64,000 bases of DNA from a virus (taxonomy: Duplodnaviria; Caudoviricetes). Both the position numbers and the translations under genes were made by a program. Under the pieces are notes generated by a model that was not told the origin of the DNA, did not search any database, and worked only from the letters and a program-made list of their open reading frames with translations. Below, piece by piece: positions 63,750 to 64,000 of the stretch (positions within the stretch are counted from its first letter, which is position 1; each line of letters opens with the position of its first letter). The stretch spans positions 96,001 through 160,000 of IMG/VR virus record IMGVR_UViG_3300021387_000796; one strand, 5' to 3'.

Positions 63750-64000
63750 ATGGCAACCTACCTTGAAAATTTTTCCGTATCGGATTCATTTTTAGAACGT
63801 GTAAAAGAAAGTATAGGCTATCCTTTAGTTGACGCTGATACATTAAGTGAAATTTTTGACGACAATTGGATTAGAGAAAATATTTGCGCAAGAGAAGCAG
63901 AACAATTCTTCAACTTTTTTCCTTTGGTAGTAAACGTACCTATAAATGTAAGCGGAACTGCGGAAGTTTCAGTTGATGCCCCGTCTAACTGTCTCGGTAT
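63750..64000 (+). CDS. 5' part of a probable structural (neck-like) protein, truncated by the window end
   Basis: TAACTAT at 63720, AGGAG RBS; VKESIGYP.V loosely resembles the N-terminus of T4 gp13. Confidence 0.35.
   Translation, partial: MATYLENFSVSDSFLERVKESIGYPLVDADTLSEIFDDNWIRENICAREAEQFFNFFPLVVNVPINVSGTAEVSVDAPSNCLG

Noticed and set aside
1-64000. Stop-codon reassignment (code 4 or 15)
   Set aside because: Core genes (ligase, RecA, ThyX, tdk) are full length in code 11, coding density is high and no suppressor tRNA is present.
1-64000. Host assignment (small-gene families reminiscent of gut/rumen Treponema-associated sequences)
   Set aside because: Impression only; it needs CRISPR-spacer or homology searches.

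Overview
A 64-kb piece of a large, strongly AT-rich lytic (T4-like/jumbo-type) phage genome using the standard genetic code. Most of the window is densely packed small hypothetical ORFs, mainly + strand up to about 25.4 kb and mainly - strand after that. Recognisable genes are ThyX, a ClpP-like protease, three DNA methyltransferases, two HNH nucleases, RecA, ATP-dependent DNA ligase, an RNA ligase, thymidine kinase, a UDP-glucose-dehydrogenase-like protein, a ParB-like protein, an SLT transglycosylase and a C39-like peptidase. Two promoter classes are visible: stereotyped sigma70-like promoters (ATAATTT..TTGACA-N17-TAtaaT) and a separate (T/C)AACTAT motif. Most notable observations: (1) AACTAT-associated, very acidic multi-domain proteins joined by a fixed 12-aa linker E-S-K-x-x-x-[RK]-K-S-[IL]-K-E, suggesting protease-processed capsid-packaged polyproteins; (2) a 1.7-kb RNA island with four normal tRNAs, a D-armless UAU tRNA, twin CCUCCCAC-loop hairpins and several large structured ncRNA candidates, one of which encloses a tRNA; (3) G9 tracts in two methyltransferases, one in frame and one out of frame, suggesting phase variation; (4) an HNH insertion that replaced the 3' end of its host gene. 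All functional calls come from motif recognition by eye, with no database searches.
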